A stretch of 64,000 nucleotides of DNA from an uncultured Alphaproteobacteria bacterium (GTDB taxonomy: Bacteria > Pseudomonadota > Alphaproteobacteria > Rhizobiales > Xanthobacteraceae), in NCBI GenBank assembly GCA_963759345.1, contig CAVWYW010000017.1, positions 314,507 through 378,506 on the forward strand, given 5' to 3'. The first letter of the stretch is position 1; each line of letters opens with the position of its first letter. The translations under genes were made by a program, and so were the position numbers. Of this stretch, positions 61,134-64,000 are shown one piece after another. The notes under the pieces were generated by a model. The model searched no databases, was not told the origin of the DNA, and saw only the letters and a program-made list of their open reading frames with translations.

Positions 61134-62475
61134 ATGAATGCCATGGCCGACGTAAAGGTGATGAAGACCGCGGCGGAGACCGCCTTGGCGCAGACCTATG
61201 CGCAGGCCCATGCCGTCGCTGCCGGGCGGCGCGGCGATTGCGCAACAGCGCGCGGCCGCGTTCGATCTGTTTGCCAAAGAAGGCCTGCCGCATCGCCGCG
61301 TCGAGGACTGGAAGTACACCGACCTGCGCGCGCTGATGCGCGACGCCAAGCCGCTCGCCGGGCCGCCCGATGCCGCCGCCAGGAAGCGGGCGAAGGCGGC
61401 GGGACAAATGCTCGGCGATATCGGGGCGCGCCGGCTGGTCTTCGTCGACGGCGCATTCGTGCCGGAATTGTCCGACACCGCGGCGCTTGAGGCCGGCCTG
61501 TCGATCGGTTCGCTCGCCGACGCTCTCGCCGGCAACGATGCCACGCTCGTCGCGCATCTCGGCAAACTCGCTCCGGCAAGCGATGTCGCGGTTGCGCTCA
61601 ACACCGCACTGATGGGCGACGGCGCGGTCATCCGCGTCGCCGCCGGCTCGACCATCGAGCGGCCGTTGCATCTGCTCTTTGTCGCTTCGGAAAAGCCCGC
61701 GGCGAGCTTCGTGCGGTCGCTCGTGGTCGTGGAGCAGGGCGCCCGCGCCATGCTGATCGAAAGTTATGAGGGGCCGGCCGGCAGCGACTATCAGATCAAC
61801 GCCGCGCTGGAACTGTTTGTCGGCGACCAGGCGCATGTCGATCACGTCAAGATCATCGGCGAAGGCTCCGACGCGCTGCATGTTTCGACGTTGGCGGCGG
61901 CGGTCGGCGCGAAAGCCCGCTTCAACGCCTTTACTTTCACCGCCGGCGGTGCCGTCGTACGCAATCAGTTGTTTTTGAAGTTTGACGGCGAAGACACGGT
62001 CGCCAACATTCGCGGCGCGACCTTGATCAAGGGCCGTCAGCACGCCGACACGACGCTGCTTGCCACCCACATCGCGCGCAACTGCCAAAGCCGCGAAGTG
62101 TTCAAGTCCGTGCTTGACGATGAGGCGCACGGCGTGTTCCAGGGCCGCATCGTGGTTCGCCCGGGTGCGCAAAAGACCGACGCCAAGATGATGACGCGGG
62201 CGCTGCTTCTCTCCGAGCGCGCCGAAGCTGACAACAAGCCGGAACTGGAAATCTTTGCCGACGACGTGCAGTGCGGCCACGGCGCTACCGCCGGCGCGCT
62301 CGACGGGGACCTGAAATTCTACCTGATGGCGCGCGGCGTTCCGGAGGCCGAGGCAGAGGCTTTGTTGATTCAGGCGTTCCTCGGCGAAGCAATCGAGGGC
62401 GTCGAGCATGCCGGGCTGCGCGAGGCGCTGCTGGATCAGGTCGCGGCCTGGCTCAAGGTGCGGGCGAAGGCGTGA
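61134..62475 (+). CDS. sufD: Fe-S cluster assembly protein SufD; one frame break near 61210
   Basis: ..AFDLFAKEGLPHRRVEDWKYTDLR.., ..GRIVVRPGAQKTDAKM.TRALLLS..AE.D.KPELEIFADDV.C.HGAT.G.LD.D..FYL..RG. It sits between sufC and sufS. Confidence 0.85.
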
Positions 62476-63718
62476 TGCATCCGGCAGTGACCAACGGGAC
62501 TTATGACGTAAACCGTATCCGCGCGGATTTCCCGATCCTCGCGCCAGCAGGTCTACGGCAAGCCGCTCGTCTATCTCGACAACGCCGCCTCGGCGCAGAA
62601 GCCGCGCGCGGTGCTCGACCGGCTTGAGCAGGCCTACACCACGCAATACGCCAACGTGCATCGCGGGCTGCATTATCTCGCCAACGAGGCGACCGAAGCT
62701 TACGAAGGCGCGCGGGAAAAAGTGGCGGCGTTCCTCAACGCCGAACGCAAGGAAGAGATCATCTTCACCCGCAATGCGACCGAGGCCATCAATCTCGTCG
62801 CCTACACGTTCGGGCGCGAGCGGATCAAGCCCGGCGACGAGATCGTGCTCTCGATCATGGAGCACCACTCCAACATCGTGCCTTGGCATTTCCTGCGCGA
62901 GCGTCAGGGCGCGGTGATCAAGTGGGCGCCGGTCGACGACGAGGGACTATTTCCTGGTCGACGAATTCGAGAAGCTGCTGAGCCCGCGCACCAGGATGGT
63001 CGCCATCACCCACATGTCGAACATGCTGGGCACGCTGGTTCCGGTCAAAGAGGTGACCCGGATCGCGCACGCCCACGGCATCCCGGTGCTGATCGATGGC
63101 GCGCAGGGCGCCGTGCACGCCGACGTCGACGTTCAGGACATCGGTTGCGATTTCTATGCGTTCACCGGCCACAAGCTCTACGGCCCGACCGGAATCGGCG
63201 TGCTCTACGGCAAATACGATCATCTCGCCGCCATGCCGCCGTTCAACGGCGGTGGCGAGATGATCCGCGAAGTGTCCGAGGACCGCGTCACCTATGGCGA
63301 TCCGCCCTACAAATTCGAGGCTGGTACGCCGTCGATCGTGCAGGCGATCGGACTGGGCGCTGCGCTCGACTATGTCGCGTCTGTCGGCAAAGAGCGGATC
63401 CGCAGCCATGAAACGGGCCTGCTGCACTACGCCCACGACCGGCTGCGGGAAATCAATTCGCTCCGCATCTTCGGCACCACGAAGGACAAGGGGCCGATCG
63501 TCTCCTTTGAAATCAAGGGTGCGCATCCTCACGACGTGGCGACGATCATCGATCGCTCCGGCGTTGCGGTTCGCGCCGGCACCCATTGCGTGATGCCGCT
63601 GCTTGCCCGCTTCGGCGTGACCGCAAGCTGCCGCGCGTCGTTTGCGATGTATAATACGCCTGAGGAGGTCGATTGCCTGGCGCAAGCGCTGGTCAAAGCT
63701 CAAGGTTTCTTCGCATGA
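62475..63718 (+). CDS. sufS: Cysteine desulfurase SufS (group II); 2 frame breaks
   Basis: ..IRADFPIL / ..VYGKPLVYLDNAASAQKP.., ..YANVHRG.H.LA.EAT..YE.AR.., ..EHHSNIVPW.., ..FTGHKLYGPTGIGVLYGK.., ..GGGEMI.., ..FE.GTP.., ..VR.GTHC..PL... The ATG overlaps the sufD TGA. Frame changes fall near 62548 and 62945. Confidence 0.85.
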
Positions 63719-64000
63719 TGGACGATCAAACAAACCCCGATGCGGGCGCTGTTGCGGCCGCTGACACCGCGGAACGGCCGTCAGCCATTCCGGCGGACGA
63801 AATGGCGCGTCTGACCGACGATATCGTCGGCGCGCTCAAGACCGTCTATGACCCGGAGATTCCGGCCGACATCTACGAGATCGGCCTCATCTACAAGGTC
63901 GACATCGACGACGACCGCGCGGTCAAGATCGACATGACGCTGACCACGCCGAACTGTCCGTCGGCGGCGGAACTGCCGACCATGGTCGAGAACGCCGTCG
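63715..64000 (+). CDS. SUF-associated DUF59 / MIP18-family Fe-S assembly protein (SufT-like); 3' end lies outside the window
   Basis: ..DDIVGALKTVYDPEIPADIYEIGLIYKVDIDDDRAVKIDMTLTTPNCPSAAELP..VENAV. The start overlaps the sufS stop codon. Confidence 0.75.
   Translation, partial: MMDDQTNPDAGAVAAADTAERPSAIPADEMARLTDDIVGALKTVYDPEIPADIYEIGLIYKVDIDDDRAVKIDMTLTTPNCPSAAELPTMVENAV

Noticed and set aside
36806-64000. The idea that frame breaks in genes other than prfB are programmed recoding events.
   Set aside because: None of the other break points has a slippery heptamer or CUU-UGA type context with a stimulatory element. They occur at arbitrary positions, often several per gene.

Overview
This is a high-GC chromosomal segment. 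Its gene content, synteny and interspersed palindromic repeat families look like a Bradyrhizobiaceae/Nitrobacteraceae-type alphaproteobacterium. That assignment is inference; no database search was possible.

The backbone is housekeeping:
- a GGDEF/EAL protein, ivd and an M19 dipeptidase
- a dihydropyrimidinase plus carbamoyl-amidohydrolase pair
- an aldo/keto reductase, GSTs and phaZ
- rne, an AMIN-amidase, mrcA and prfB (with its programmed +1 frameshift site)
- bcp, an AsmA-like protein and tyrS
- an OprB-type porin and mntR-mntH
- a nifS-like gene followed by sufBCDS and a DUF59 gene

Four lower-GC or accessory patches interrupt this backbone:
1. 3.2-4.8 kb: two divergent orphan ORFs carrying HEPN-like R-x-H motifs.
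2. 12.8-19.1 kb: an IS701-family IS with perfect 21-bp inverted repeats, gene debris, a SARP/BTAD-TPR regulator and an AIDA-repeat beta-helix protein.
3. 21.2-26.6 kb: an orphan 3' gene fragment, a TPR-sulfotransferase ORF with an HlyC-like acyltransferase tail, and a Gly-rich beta-helix protein ending in a Hint domain plus a C-terminal tail. This is my best candidate for an undescribed system.
4. 38.2-42.4 kb: a WG-repeat protein, an orphan membrane ORF and a decayed otsA.

Several REP/MITE-like repeat families are present. One flanks a DUF559 endonuclease gene as inverted repeats, and a copy of it also sits inside sufB.

Roughly four dozen unprogrammed reading-frame breaks occur, including in essential genes (tyrS, rne, prfB). 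This most likely reflects indel errors in the sequence. Only otsA shows independent evidence of real decay.

No rRNA gene, tRNA gene or CRISPR array was seen.
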